The notes under the pieces are model-generated. The model was not told the DNA's origin, did not search any database, and was given only the letters and a program-made list of their open reading frames with translations. A stretch of DNA of 64,000 bases from Ginglymostoma cirratum (Eukaryota). This document shows positions 1-13,177 of this stretch, piece by piece. The translations under genes were made by a program, and so were the position numbers. Where the stretch lies: assembly GCA_024137785.1 (NCBI GenBank), contig JAHRHZ010000223.1, positions 27,026,617 to 27,090,616 on the forward strand, in the 5' to 3' direction. Positions within the stretch are counted from its first letter, which is position 1. Every line of letters starts with the position of its first letter.

Positions 1-506
1 GAAGGTTGACCGGGTTCAGATTGATCATTACAAGATAGCAGTGGCAGAGCAGACAGCATCCAGGTTCCTCAGCCCAGAGCTTGTCCATTCTGTCTGATAT
101 TTTCTTTTCTCGGTCTTCCCGTCTCTTTTAAGTGTTTTTGAAAGACTTACCTCAGAACAGCAACACAGAGCGGCCTGAGGCCCGAGTGGAGCAGGGGCAG
201 TTGTTGGGCTGGGACCGGCCAGTGGCTTGTGAGCCCAGTCAGACCACATGTGGAAGTGACCGCGCTGACTTACTGCAGGCCCCTTATAGAAAGGCAGTAA
301 TGTTTTATCTGTCTAACTTTATTTTCTCATTTTTCTAACTTATACTATGAATAACTGCAAGGTAATGTAACTGTTTCTCCCTTATTTCTCTGTGTTGTAT
401 CTAAGATTTGTACCGAAGATGGCGCCACGGGGAGCAACATTGTAAACTTTTCACTGTACTCCTGTAATTCTGTACCCGAGTGCACATGACAATAAAGCAA
501 ATTAAC
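1..506 (+). mobile_element. Probable 3' end of a non-LTR-type repeat (unassigned)
   Basis: GC-richer body ending CTTTTCACTGTACTC...GAGTGCACATGACAATAAAGC, a LINE-like 3' terminus. Confidence 0.4.
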
Positions 507-635
507 ACCGAATTACAGGTAGCCTAGTGCCTTGGACTTAAAATGAAGGTAGTTGTATTCAGCCGTTGTTTTGTCCTTTTGAATATTCCAATCCAGATTT
601 TTGCATTTGGATACAAATTTAAAATGGTCACTTAC

Positions 636-685
636 TTTTTGAGGGAATCAATGAAGACCATTCGCGAGTCCTGGGCAGGAGGTAG
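636..685 (-). CDS. FANCA: FANCA exon 20 (LPPAQDSRMVFIDSLK), 50 bp; gene continues beyond window start
   Basis: ttacag acceptor, gtaagt donor. Matches human LPKVPDSRVAFIESLK. Confidence 0.96.
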
Positions 686-861
686 CTGTAAATGACAATA
701 TAGCAAATCACAACCAATAACATTGATTAATTAGGCATTTCATTCCATAAACAAAGATCCACTAATTATGGTATCATCACCATATAATATAACTCATTGA
801 TCACGGCATTTTGTAGAACATCACAGTTAAACTTGAATATTAAAATATAAGAAACACAAAC

Positions 862-922
862 CAGACGAGGGGTAAGCAGAGCAGGCAAAAATCTTGTCAA
901 GTAATACGGCCTTCGGAAAATG
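862..922 (-). CDS. FANCA: FANCA exon 19 ([21 protein letters not shown]), 61 bp
   Basis: tttcag acceptor, gtttgt donor. Matches human [21 protein letters not shown]. Confidence 0.97.
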
Positions 923-1164
923 CTGAAATAAATTTTAAAAATGTGTACAATTATTGCTCATTTGAAATTTAAACAGCTTATCTAGCTATTGTAAAATCAG
1001 TAAGTTAGATGAAAAATATTGATTGTTGATGGGTATGGCCTTGAAATTGGAAATCCCAACTTCTGAGTAAGGAACAAAGAATTCTTGAAAAGCAGTTTCT
1101 AAAAAAAAAGTCATCGTTCATTCTTGGAATATTGGCATGGGCAGCAATTATTGTGTTATACCAG

Positions 1165-1256
1165 GCTTGAAACATTAACTCTACTTCTTTCTCCACAGAT
1201 GCTGCCAGACCTGCTGAGATTCTTCAGCACTTTATGTTTTTTATTTCATATTTCCA
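1165..1256 (+). mobile_element. P2 fragment; similar fragments at ~4765-4830, 15090-15205, 23410-23495 and 47510-47570
   Basis: Shared GAAACRTTAACT...CTCTCCACAGATGCTGCCAGACCTGCTGAG. Confidence 0.6.
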
Positions 1257-2358
1257 CTTTCCTGATGGACTGATAGTGACTTGATAAAACTGATTGTCTT
1301 ATTTGGACACTTCAGAGGACAGTTAAGTCTTAATGACATTAGTGCAAGACTGTAATCACAAATACATCAGATAAGCACCAAACCTTTCCTTCCTCAAGGA
1401 AACCAGTAAGATTTTTAATGACAATAGAACAACTTCATGATTAGTTTTATTTTAAATAAATTGATATTGCCTTTTTAATAACAGAATTCACCTTTCCACT
1501 GTATCAACATCCACAACAGTGACATTAAATATAATTATATCACGGTCACCTGAAAAGAACTAGAGGCAACAGCTTTGGTTTGCCCTACATTTAAATGTCA
1601 CTACAGGTCAACCAAAGCGAGAACTTTGGCACCGGAGGGGATCAGAGAGGGGTTAGATATATAAACTGTTATCTGTATACAGAGGGATGCGGACTTCACA
1701 TCCGCAGACAATGCTGCCAAGGGCAGCCTGTAGAGAAGGAAATTGTGATAATTATGGGATTTCAGAGTTTAACAGATTTTTGGGGGAAAGTGCGTTTGGG
1801 GGAGGGGGAAGGTGTTGGTGGGGTGGTGGAGATCCCATGACTGGCCATACTCTAAGATAAGAGACCAGGGGAATTTGGAAGAGAGTTAAATGATCAACCA
1901 TCTCAAACATGGCAGAAAGGTAAAGAGGTATAATGTACCACGGCCAGAGTCTGGAGGCTGTGATGTGATTTTGGTTAGATTGAGCTTATTACGGTAAACA
2001 TAAAAATAGGAGTTTTTTTTTTTAGGAACAATGGACACATTCAAGGGGTTTTGAATTATGCCAGCTGTTTGTAAGCAATGTGTTTTTGGTTAAGTGTGAT
2101 ATGGGTAAATAATGACAACTTGTAAAGATGCAGAATGCCAGCTGGAATGGGGGCCTGATAGAAGAGTTGTGAAGTGAGGAGCTCAGTACAAGTGCGGTCT
2201 ATAGAACAGCAGGCAAGTATCATGTACAGGATGGATTTGGAGATTTCAAGCTTCGTTTCCTTTCTTCACTTTTGCAAATAAAAGTGTATACAAAGCAATA
2301 AATTATTCCACAAATGTATGAAGTAGATCTCAATATTTGGAACCTAAGCGTGATGTAC

Positions 2359-2447
2359 CTCGCTTCCATTACGCTAGATGGGATCTTTCCACTGTTTTCA
2401 AAAATCAGAATAGCTCTCTCAACATCCTGCATGGCTTGACACTGGGG
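2359..2447 (-). CDS. FANCA: FANCA exon 18 (PQCQAMQDVERAILIFENSGKIPSSVMEA), 89 bp
   Basis: ttctgtag acceptor, gtacat donor. Matches human [26 protein letters not shown]. Confidence 0.97.
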
Positions 2448-2814
2448 CTACAGAAAATAAAGTTAAACAATATTATTCAAAACCTGACGCAATTTTCTTC
2501 TCAGAGACAACAGTTACCTCAAATATTGCAGGTCTGCTTAGTGTAACAAATCAGATACTTCCATGAATAAATGAATGAATGAATGATCCTCTGTAAATTC
2601 TAGGTATGACTCTAAAATTCCTTGTTTTTACATTGGATGCAATGTTAGGTTTCAGTTCTGAGGCATTCAATTTTCAGGATATAAAAATTAAAATCCAATT
2701 CATTACTAAGTGTAAAGAATAGAATGTGACAATTTCTCAGTATTAGCACTGGCTGACATACTGACACAGGCAGTTATGCGAATGAAACCTGTATCCATCT
2801 ATTTCTAGACTAAC

Positions 2815-2874
2815 CTTAGGAGGAGCATTAGCTGTTGACAGGTCCTCATACAGACCCAACTCTTCAATTGACAC
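2815..2874 (-). CDS. FANCA: FANCA exon 17 (VSIEELGLYEDLSTANAPPK), 60 bp
   Basis: ttgtag acceptor, gttagt donor. Matches human VSIENMGLYEDLS. Confidence 0.96.
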
Positions 2875-3101
2875 CTACAAACAGAAACGTGTAGAATTCA
2901 GAATGAAAGGAAGGCTTAGATTGGTCAGTCACAGTGCTTATTTTTAATGTAGCTTATATAAATATCAACAGTTTTGTTATCATATTTTTTATCATTTTAG
3001 GAAAGAAAGTGCTATGCTGCTCAATAGAGCTCCTTTACTCTATGAATTAAGCAATCCTGCGAAACTCCCATACAGTTTAGCAGCTTGGCTTCATGACCAA
3101 C

Positions 3102-3197
3102 CTGGAGATCTGAAAGTCGAGTTTTAGCCAGTGAGATATATTCCAGAAGCATAACGCGATACTTTGATGCCACGTAAGGGGGATATAATATGTGGAC
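3102..3197 (-). CDS. FANCA: FANCA exon 16 ([32 protein letters not shown]), 96 bp
   Basis: gcacag acceptor, gttggt donor. Matches human [32 protein letters not shown]. Confidence 0.97.
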
Positions 3198-3816
3198 CTG
3201 TGCAAGAAAGACAGCGTTGCCAAATGTCATTCCTACTGTAACAGTGTACCTTAGAAATACATAAAATCAGAGGAAGCAGCCATTTAAACCCTCAACTCTG
3301 TTCTGCTATTTAATATTATAATGGGTGTTTCCCAAATCTCCAAATTTCCGTAGTATCCAAAAATCACAAACACTGTCTTCAATATAGTCAACAATACAGC
3401 AGCCATAACCCTGGGGCATAGTGAATACCAAAAATTCACAACTCTTGAGTGAAGCAATTTTTCTTCAGCTCGGTCTCTGTAAACCCCCTAACGACTTCAT
3501 ATGTTTCAATCAGATTATCTCTCAATCTTCTAAATTTGAGGGAATCAAGGCCTCATAGGACAATCCCATCATCTCAAAGCTTAGTCTGGTTGCAGCACTA
3601 GTTTATCAACACTAAACAATGACAGGCAGCAGTTTTGATTAATCCCTGATGTAATATTTACTCATTTAAACAGCAAAAGAAAATTGTGGTCATTTTAAAT
3701 GCAACTGGTTTCCTGTTCCTCAGCAGAATAAACAGATAAATGGACAAAGAGCTCAACAATACCCATATTAGATTTCAGGCTTGGTGCTTCTACCTGGTCA
3801 TTAATAATCTTCTCAC

Positions 3817-3927
3817 CTTTAAATACTGTGCAGTTTCAAATGGCACCAGGTCTGTCAAAAATTTCAGTAGGAAAATTAGCGACTTCTTGCTACTGGCATG
3901 GTAACCACTCGCAGACCCAAAGGAATT
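3817..3927 (-). CDS. FANCA: FANCA exon 15 ([37 protein letters not shown]), 111 bp
   Basis: ttttattag acceptor, gtgaga donor. Matches human [30 protein letters not shown]. Confidence 0.97.
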
Positions 3928-4834
3928 CTAATAAAACAAAAAGAACAGAATTTGGGAACTTACATCTATTTTGTGCTACAGGCGATCCAGCGTTGTACCA
4001 AAGTGATGTTAAAAAAAAATTGCACGGAATCTAAGCGATCCTCCAGTACTGTACAGATGTAATGCTAGTAAAACTGTAGCTAGTGTACAGTGCAAGTCAC
4101 TAGTGTCATCAAGAATATAATTCACTGTGAGCTCTCTACAGCACAATACTAGAGATAAAGTTATTTCTGGATTTTGGAATTTATAGGACTATAGAATGAT
4201 ATTACAAAGTGCAGCCAAAAGTTAGTGAACTGGAAAACTCCATTGATAAACATTTAGCTCAAACATTGAAAACATTATGAGCTGGAATGAAGGTTGTTAT
4301 ACGTATCCAAATAGTGTATCTTTCATGTTTACACTATCAATGTTCTGCCTCAAAATGGTGCTAATAGCATTAAAAAAAACCTCCGCCTGCTCAAATTTAT
4401 TTCTGGACAACTGTTGCTTCCAAACTAAAGGTTTCTGGATGGAGTGGTTATTGTGCACAGTTATACAATATAATACCTAGTTGTAACTGAACTATCAGTT
4501 TAAAATTGGGTATTTCAATTGGTGTACAAATTAAGAACACAATTTAATAACATTTTTCAGCCACCGATATGCCAATTTAAATTGTTGTGCGTCTAACTGT
4601 CTGCAAATGTGGAGGTAGGAAGGATAGTCAAGAGAATCTTGAATAACCAAAATTAAACGTAGTAATAAAATGAGGTTCAGACACAGGTCGCATCTGGTTC
4701 TCCATAATACGTTCCCATGTGAAGCAGGTCTGGCAGCTCCTTCAGATTATGGCAAGCCTTGTTGCTCTCTCCACAGATGCTGCCAAACCTATTTCTTTCA
4801 GATTTCTAGCATCTACAATATTTGGCTTTATTTT

Positions 4835-5905
4835 CAAGCCAGGATTGTGAGTGGCACAGAGGGGAACTTGCACTCGCTGGTGCTCCCATGTATCTACAAC
4901 TCTTCGTCCTTCCAGGCGGGCAGTGGGTTTAATGTGGTCATGGGTTTAGAAGAGCCTTAGTGAGTTGCTGCAGTGGAAACTGTAGATGGTACACACTGCT
5001 GCTGCTGCATGTTGGTGGTGAACGTTTACCGATGTGGTGTCAATCAAATTGGCTGCTTTGCGTGGATGGTGTCAAGCTTCTTGCGTACTATTGGAGCTGC
5101 ACCCATCCAGGCAAATGGAGAACAACCCAATCACACACCTGACTTGTGGTAGTTGGAAAGCTTTGGGGAAGTCAAGAAGCCAGTTACTTGCTGCAGGAAT
5201 CCTAACCACTGCCCTAATCTAGTAGCCACAGTATTTATAAGGATAGTCTGGTTCAGTTACGAGGTCAATGGTAATCCCCAGAATACTGATAATAGAGGAA
5301 TTCAGCGACAGCAATGTCATTGAATGTCAAGGAATGGCCTTCTAGATGGTAGATGAAGTAGGTTTGGAAGGTGCTGACAAAGGAGGTTTAGCAAGTTGCT
5401 GCAGTGCATCCTGCAGATGGTACACAATGCTGCCACTGTGTGCCAGTGGTGCAGGGTGTGCACGTAAAAGGCTCTGTATAAGGTCCTGATCAAACAGGCT
5501 GGTTTGTCCTGGATGGTATCAAACTTTTTTAATGTTTTTGGAGCTGTGTTATCCAGACATATGGAGAATATTTCATTACTTCTGACAGTATGCCTTTTAG
5601 ATTCAGACCAGTCTTTGGGGAGATAGGAGACAGGTTACAGGTTACTTGTTGCAGGGTTCCTGGTCTGTAACATATTCTGTTGCCAGAGTTCAGTTTCTGG
5701 TTGATGGTAACCTTCCAGGATGTTGATAATGAACAGCTCAGTGATGATAGCGCCATTGAATGTCACGGGCAGAATGTTAGATTCTCTCTTGATGGAGATG
5801 GTCACTGTTTAGTGTTTATGTGATGCAAATGCACTTCCTACTCATCAGCTCAATCCTGAATGTTGTCCAGGTCTTCCTGCATGGGTCACATTATTGCTTC
5901 CTCAG
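4835..5905 (-). mobile_element. CR1-group LINE family B, several adjacent 3' fragments
   Basis: Homologous to 19628-20150 and 29480-30595. Confidence 0.7.
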
Positions 5906-6470
5906 CTAATCATACAAACTACGAATTATGCAAGCAAGCACCAAGTTATTCTGTTGTCTAAGAATTGATCAAGGCCCCCTTTAAAATTAAGTTATTTTCA
6001 AATGTCAGGGGAGCTATGCATCAAAGCTAGACAATGACCTAGACAACAGAAGCCTGAAGGACAGGAGATCCAAAACTTGTATTGTTCTAACTTTAGACTG
6101 TGTGGTGAGACAGTCAGCATCGGGAAGCAAGGTTGCATTCAGTCTATTCTACATAATATAAATTGAAACCCAATCATTTACTATGATAAAGTCTCTTATT
6201 AAAAAAACTTACGCGTGAACCACAAGTAGATGTAATATTGTCAGACAATCAACCCTTGGTCATACTAGTAAGATATCTACTAATAGCTCCCTGAGGTAAT
6301 TACATAAATAGGTAAAGTGTAAAACATTGCAAATTCAAATGGGCTGTTTTGTAGAGTTGCTAATTCAATTCTGAAGATTAGCAAGGGAGCGTGAACAAGA
6401 GAGAGCACAGAGGAATGTGAGATACTTGTCTTAGATTGCCCATCAACACAGACAAAGTGTTAGAGTATCC

Positions 6471-6580
6471 GAGGAGCAGGAAACTCAATGTTTCGACCTG
6501 AAATGTTGACTTTCCTGCTACGCTTTTCCAGCTCCATATTTTTTGACTCTAGCTTCCAGCGTCTGCAGTCTTTTCTGTCT
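6471..6580. mobile_element. 110-bp fold-back PLE-derived insertion (P1) with 18-bp TSD
   Basis: CAAAGTGTTAGAGTATCC at 6453-6470 and 6581-6598. Internal inverted AGCAGGAAA...TTTCCTGCT. Confidence 0.8.
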
Positions 6581-6941
6581 CAAAGTGTTAGAGTATCCTG
6601 CCCCAAGCTAAGTCCTAAATTAACTTTTCCAATCAAGCTATCTTTCCCAGTTGAGTACGTCATCCTCCTCTGTCTGTTCAAAAACGTTTAGAGCTATTTG
6701 TAATTCAGCTATTTTGAACAACTTCAAAGATGCTAAATGTGATTCTCTCAAAGAACATTAGTAAATGTTTCTGGCCTGAATTAATCAGATGATATTCCCA
6801 GCACTTATTTTGCAATATTTCAAATCAGTACAATAGTCAGGATTGCCATGCTCTCCATGGACAAGCAAGGGGGACCTCCCTAAAGACAAGGCAGTGAATT
6901 AAATTCTGGAGCGCTACTTTTGTTCAAATGTCTCATCTTAC

Positions 6942-7075
6942 CTTGAACCATTCGGCATAGCTGATGAAAACAGCTGGTCCCTCTAGTGCAGCCTGACGTG
7001 CAAGCAGGAACGCAGTGATTATACTCTCCAATTCATAATTCTCAAACGAATTTATCAGCAACTTAGTCAGTAGTT
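6942..7075 (-). CDS. FANCA: FANCA exon 14 (ELLTKLLINSFENYELESIITAFLLARQAALEGPAVFISYAEWFK), 134 bp
   Basis: ttttcag acceptor, gtaaga donor. Contains the conserved TAFL..RQAALEGP..F.SYA.WFK motif. Confidence 0.97.
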
Positions 7076-7371
7076 CTGAAAAGATGAGAAAATCTGACCT
7101 AGTGAAATTAATAATTCAAAGGGAATAAGCTACTGCTTTTTTGCTCCTGGAGGACATTCAATCTTTTAGCTATCACTCAAATGCATCCTTCTGTCTTCTT
7201 CCTGGGAATTAGAGGTACAGTGTCAACAGGATCTCAACTATTGACATCCAAACAGTAATTTCATCGGTCTCTCCACAGCAAAGCAGCCTCTTTACTCAGA
7301 AGAGAGTAAGAAATAAGGAACTCTGTAGAAATGCAAGGCATAAAATAAAAATAGTTGAAATAAATATAGGG

Positions 7372-7695
7372 AAGAAACAAGAAAGGCCTGCACTGACAAA
7401 GTTAATTTCACAACCTCAGGATGTTCTAAAGCATTTTACAGCAAATGAAATACTTATAAATTACAGTCAAGGCCTCAATGTAGGAAAACGCAGCATGTAA
7501 TTTGTACACAGCTAGCTCCCACCAACAGCAAGGTCATATAATGAAAAGATGATTTTTTTGAGATGTTGATCAGAGCATAATTATCAGCCAGAACATCAGG
7601 AAAGCTCATCTGCTCCTCTCCAAAATAGTGCAATAGAATCTTTTACCTCATGTCGAAGACAGGGCCTCAAATTAAAGATCTCATTCAAAAGCAGA
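7372..7695 (-). mobile_element. Deu-domain SINE (SacSINE1/AmnSINE-like)
   Basis: Reverse complement resembles 46480-46865 (GCACTATTT..., GTGGGA.CT.GCTGTG, AATGCTTT.GA...TGAAA tail). Confidence 0.6.
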
Positions 7696-9026
7696 ATTTA
7701 ATTTATTTGTCTTACAAACGAGTATCCAACCTTGTGGCATTCATGGCCACATACATAGGACACTAAACCTTTGGTCATAAATAATGGATCAAATGCAGGA
7801 AGTGTACACATCAATTTTTTGGCATCATAACCTCAAATAAGTTAAGACACATGTTTATTGAACAGATTATATATCTGCAATATTTGTGACACCTGATGGA
7901 GGTATGTTTAAAGTCAGATGCATCCCATAATGGTTGTTGCTTTGTATTGAGAATTAAATGCACTGAGATTGAACAATCAACTGGCCAGAATGCTTTTTGA
8001 TCTTTTTTGGAGTAATTTAAATAAGGATCTACAAATTTAGTTTAAATGTTAAAATGCCCAGTTTGTTACATAATTCTTAACTTTATCCATTGAACAATCT
8101 TGTGGTTTTCAATGCCTTTATTGAAGTTTATACATGGCCCTATTGTTCCCAAAAGCCTAAACTTAGGTTCAATATCTTTTGCCAGAGCTGTATTTGCATG
8201 AGATGACGTTGGATTGCCCTGTCTAAATAAGTTCAGCATCTACTGTATTGATGGAATATTTTTATATTCTTCCTACGACATTGACTCAGTTGATTTCTTC
8301 CAACTGATTTTGAAAAATAACACATTTAATTCTATGGATAAAAACAGTGGTGGTGATGCTGTGATTACACTTCCATTGTGGCTTTTGTTCTATGTTTCAT
8401 TAATGTTCACATGGGGAATTACGCTGAGGGAGTATGGAAAAAGTGACAGTGAGAAAAAGTGAGAGAAAAAGAGGAAAGGTAATTTATTACTGCAGTTTTC
8501 AAAAAGTAGGTAAATTTTGAAGCTGACTAGTTACCACCATTTAACAATGAGAAAGGTCAGTGCTTACCCTTATAAATAAAGAAGGAACATGAAGTGTTAA
8601 GGGTGGGTGGGAAGCAGATGATAGAAAGTGGCAAGAATCAAAGAGAAGAAGGAACACAAAGACATTGACAACATCAAGAGTAACTACATTATATGACTCA
8701 ATGTGTGCAATGCTACAATTTATCATTTAACATTGTTAGGTTAGTAATGCTAATGCTCCAGTGCAATTAAAGCAAAATGGCTATCACTGAAATGGATTGA
8801 TTGCTGTTCTTGCTTCCTCTCTAGTTTATATGCTGTAACTTCAAAATCAATACACCACATGAATGTTTGCTGGTCATTTTTGCCTCAAACCCCTTGGCCT
8901 GCTGCAAGAAATACAACTCAGACTAATCATAAGCAAGACGGGAGAAATACATTGGTATGATGCAACATTTTAAAATGTTTCAAATTGATTCACATCACCA
9001 GGCTCCTATCCAGGTTAATTTCATAC

Positions 9027-9168
9027 CTTTCAGATAGTTTTGGCTCTCTGGTTGGCAGACCAACAGCGTTGAAGCAGAGGACAGTACATATTGCCAGTTA
9101 ACTTCATGGGATTCCAAAACTTGTTGAAAATGTGTGATCAGCTCCTCTGCACTAAACAGTACAAATAG
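9027..9168 (-). CDS. FANCA: FANCA exon 13 (LFVLFSAEELITHFQQVLESHEVNWQYVLSSASTLLVCQPESQNYLK), 142 bp
   Basis: ttttgcag acceptor, gtatga donor. Matches human [30 protein letters not shown]. Confidence 0.97.
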
Positions 9169-9904
9169 CTGCAAAATGAGAAAACACGATTAATGAAAAG
9201 TTTAAATCATAGTTGTAAAGGTTAAGGAAAATGTCAATTTTGCAAGAGTTCATTTCACTGGAATTGAAGGGGATATGGCCTGGTGGTATAAGGAAAGGAA
9301 ATGAGATGGATAATACATTACAACATTTTAAAAATAGAGAAGCTTCAGCTATCATAAACTGATTACAGCTGCATTTTTAAGCAGAGTTAATGTGCTGACT
9401 GCTAAGAATGCACCAAATTTCAGAAGCCTTGGAGGATTAAAAGATACAGTACTGAACTAGCTGCCACAGTCTTGTGCATTAGTAAGCATACATCTGAAAA
9501 GAAAATAAAATTCACTGGAAAGAAGTAATGTGAAAGCATGCAAAAGACAGGGAAAAGATTAAGAGAATGACATCGTTATTTCAGCCAAGACAAATAGTCT
9601 CTCAACCTATAATGTCAAATGGAGATAATCAGTTGGCTTCAAAATGTAACCACTTTTTGAAAACTGTGGTAATAAATCATTCTTCTTTTCTCTTCTTTTT
9701 AAAACACAGAATCTACTCAAGTAGAACAATCACTGCAGGACAAAGATACAGCTCACTACAATGTTTTCTAAAATTAGCACCTTTTAGAGAAAAAAAAAAT
9801 CTGAAATGGGCTTGGTGGGTCAGGCCTACAGAACAACCAAAAATGAACAAGTTCACATCCATTTTGGCTACTAACCAATCATTATTATTAATGGTGTAAT
9901 TTGT

Positions 9905-10280
9905 TTTACATTTAGGATCAATACAGCTCACAATTGCAGAACTCTCCTGCAGAAATCCACCTGAGATCCTTAGGTAGCGCACCTTCTAAACCTACAATCA
10001 CTCTCACCTAGGGAAACGGGCAGCAGTTATGTGGGGACACCATCGTCTGCAAGCTCCCCTCCACATCATACACCATCCTGACTTGGAATTTTATCACCAT
10101 TTCTTCACTATCGCTGGATCAAAATCCCAGAAGACCCTTCCTAAAAGCATTGTGGGTCTACCTACAGCACATGGACTGCATCGGTTCACAAAAGCTGCTC
10201 ACCACCACCTTCTCAAGAGCAGTAAATGCTGCTCTAGCCAGTGACACCCATATCCTGCGAGTGAATAACAAAAAAAAAAA
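9905..10280 (+). mobile_element. LINE family B 3' end with poly(A)
   Basis: GSKS..LP.SIVGLPTAHGL.RF.KAAHHHLLK, then GTGAATAAC(A)n. Confidence 0.75.
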
Positions 10281-12397
10281 TGCAATCTGAGAATGCATCC
10301 TCTTTTAGGCACATTTTACTGTAACATTGTTGTTAAGGTCCCCTTTTGCAAAGGCAACTGAAATTTGCAAGCCCAAGCACATTATTCTTGTTGTAGACAT
10401 GGGGCCAATCTTATGTTCTCTAACCTATTTATTACAAATTATAAATGATGCCACAGAAAATCCAAATTGGATATCACGGCGTCATGTGTTGTTTAATATT
10501 CTATTCTGCAAGTAAGTTGAAGCTGCAAGTAAGATCACAAAGTCTAAAAACTTGCAAAGTTGGAAATTGTTGCTTTTTAAGAGAAGTGAAAGAATTTAGA
10601 ACATTTCAGCAAAATCTATTCACACCATTTTGTTTAAAATGGCATAAGAGGTAAAGCAATTGAGGTAATAAGATAATAAGCCTCACAACTGCTCACAGTC
10701 TGTAAAAATAAACATATTGTTAGTTGTCACATTAATCATTAAACCTCTCTTAAACAGTATGTTAGGTGGTTCTTGGTCTGCTTGTTGGGCAAATCCCCTC
10801 TGGCTGTGAATTGAGGAAAGAAAAGGCAAACATTTTGGTTATCTTCTTTGAAAAAAAAGAGGCAAACTTTCCCCAGGGACAGGAGGCTAGGATTTAAGAG
10901 GACATCTTATTTTGTATTAGCCATTGAAGCCTGTCCCACAATGCAGTATGTTCATGGTTAATCTTCTAGGTCAATTCATGCTCCATCAACATATGCCTCA
11001 ATTGACTTAGTTCCCCAAAATCTCTCTCTGCCTTGAATATACTCAATATCTGAGCATCCACAACCTTCTGGGGTACAGAACTCCAATGATTTATGAAAAT
11101 TCTCATAAATTTAGGCCTAATCTATTTAATTACTCCTCAGAGGGAAATACCTTCATATCAAGTTAATTTGGTTGAGACACAGGTTCAGTTAATGCCCCTA
11201 GTTCCTAACTTTGGCCACCAAGCAACAACATTTCTGGTATGGTATTTAAATTTAACACAATTATGTCTATTAGTATGATTAATTTGCATATCTTATCACA
11301 AACGTTTGATGCATTCAGCTAAGGCAACTTTTAAATTTTATCATTTTTACATGGTTTGACCTTATTCACTGATGCATTATCACCATTATACTTTTTCATC
11401 TCCTCAGTTTAATGCTGCATTGTTCTGCGGACTTAATATTTAATTTAAATCCATAAATATACCTTCACTTAAACACTTTCAAACCTCACCCCGTGCACTG
11501 TTTTGTATTATTTCAAAGTTAAGTCATGCTGATTTATTTGCAATATGATAAATTTCTATCTGGCCTTGTGTTACCAAATGTATTCACAGTTCCCATTCAA
11601 AAGAATCAGAGGTGTGTGGTATCACATACAAAACACATGACTATCCAGTTAAGGTCACACAGGAGTAGACTCGGTGTTCTAATAGTGTTGTTACCACGTG
11701 AGCAATGAGTCTTCTCCAACTTGATAGTGGATCCTCCACCCTTTAGAGAGGAGCAACTGGCACCATTGAACCAAGAAGGTACCTCTACTAGAATTGAATT
11801 TACAAAACAATTATAAATGGGGTCATTCAGAGTTCAAATGTCACGTCAGTAAATTTTATAGACTGGAAAGTGCTTATTAGTTTCGTATCGCAGTTTTAAG
11901 ATTACTTCATGTCAGACTTGGAATGCAATGTCTATGCAAACTAAAGGAATGGTTTAACCGTACAAACAGCTGAGATATCTTTGTCTATAAACATTGACTA
12001 CATTTGAAACTTGATAAAGTCAGCATATTTTGTAAAAGGGTAACAGCTCAAAGGTGCAAGGCAAGCCCCAAGTCCCAGAGTTGAACTGTCAAGAAAGAAA
12101 AAGCACTTTAATTAAGCGATTTTGATTTAGCGAAAAACATGTTCAACCTTTCATTCTGAGAAAGAACAAAATAAGAAACGTGTTTCACTGAAGTTACTCA
12201 GCTGAGGAGTCACAATTATGAAGAAGTCAGTGAGCATAGATTTGAGATCCTATCACAACATACACTAGAGTCTATTCTTAAAGTTTTCTTCATGTAAGAA
12301 CAAAGGAATGCATCACAACTGAGGTACACTTTGGTTCACGCATTTAAGCTCAGTGCAGTTTATAGAAATACAATTATATTGATTAAAAGTCAATTAC

Positions 12398-12474
12398 CTT
12401 TCTGTACAAGGTTACTAAAAGTGGCTTAGTTTTAGCAAAGCACCATTCTCCCTGCCTGCGAATTGCATCAGATG
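12398..12474 (-). CDS. FANCA: FANCA exon 12 (ASDAIRRQGEWCFAKTKPLLVTLYRK), 77 bp
   Basis: tcacag acceptor, gtaatt donor. Matches human [26 protein letters not shown]. Confidence 0.96.
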
Positions 12475-13177
12475 CTGTGAAAGGAAGAAAATAAAATGCT
12501 GAAGTTATATATATATATATAAATAAAATAAAACATCCCTGTTGACTGAATTTTTATTTATAACCAATCTTTTTGGTACTTGAAATATGAATCCTGGAAA
12601 TGGCTGAAGGCATATTTACTGTTTTTGCTCTTCACAGAAAAACCACCAGAGAAATAGTTAATTAACACCCTTAACCAGCTAACCTTTTGGGATGATCAGA
12701 TATTCAAGATCACATTGCCAGATTGAGTACAGCAGACATCTACTCTCCATAGTTTAATGTGCACTCCTTTTAATTGGCTTTCCTTCCCTTTGTAGGTGAT
12801 TATTCTGGCTTTGGTACAAAGTAGGCAGTTGCTGGTGGTCCCCTCTGGATCTCTCAGCCAGACTGACACTTTTCATCCATTCGCTAAACAATGAGTGGCA
12901 CTGGGCTACTGGCCCATTGGGCAACGTCACAGTGGACTTTGCTCTATGTGAGTTTCACACCAGAATGTCTTACAAATGAAGTTACCCAACAGCATTACAA
13001 ACAGACAGCCTAGAGAATTGTTGGCTGACTTTTCTCCACCCTCAGCCCAACTCTGGTGCAGCCAAAATCACCATCATATTGAAATGATAACTCATCAGAG
13101 ACCAGAGATTCAGCCTTGAGCCTACAGTTCTATATGACAACACTGCAACGTGATTGCTTGGTAGTCAAATGGTTATC

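Noticed and set aside
1530-2220. Possible ancient L2-like remnant (also ~42490-42790)
   Set aside because: Too decayed to support by eye, with no convincing peptide motif.
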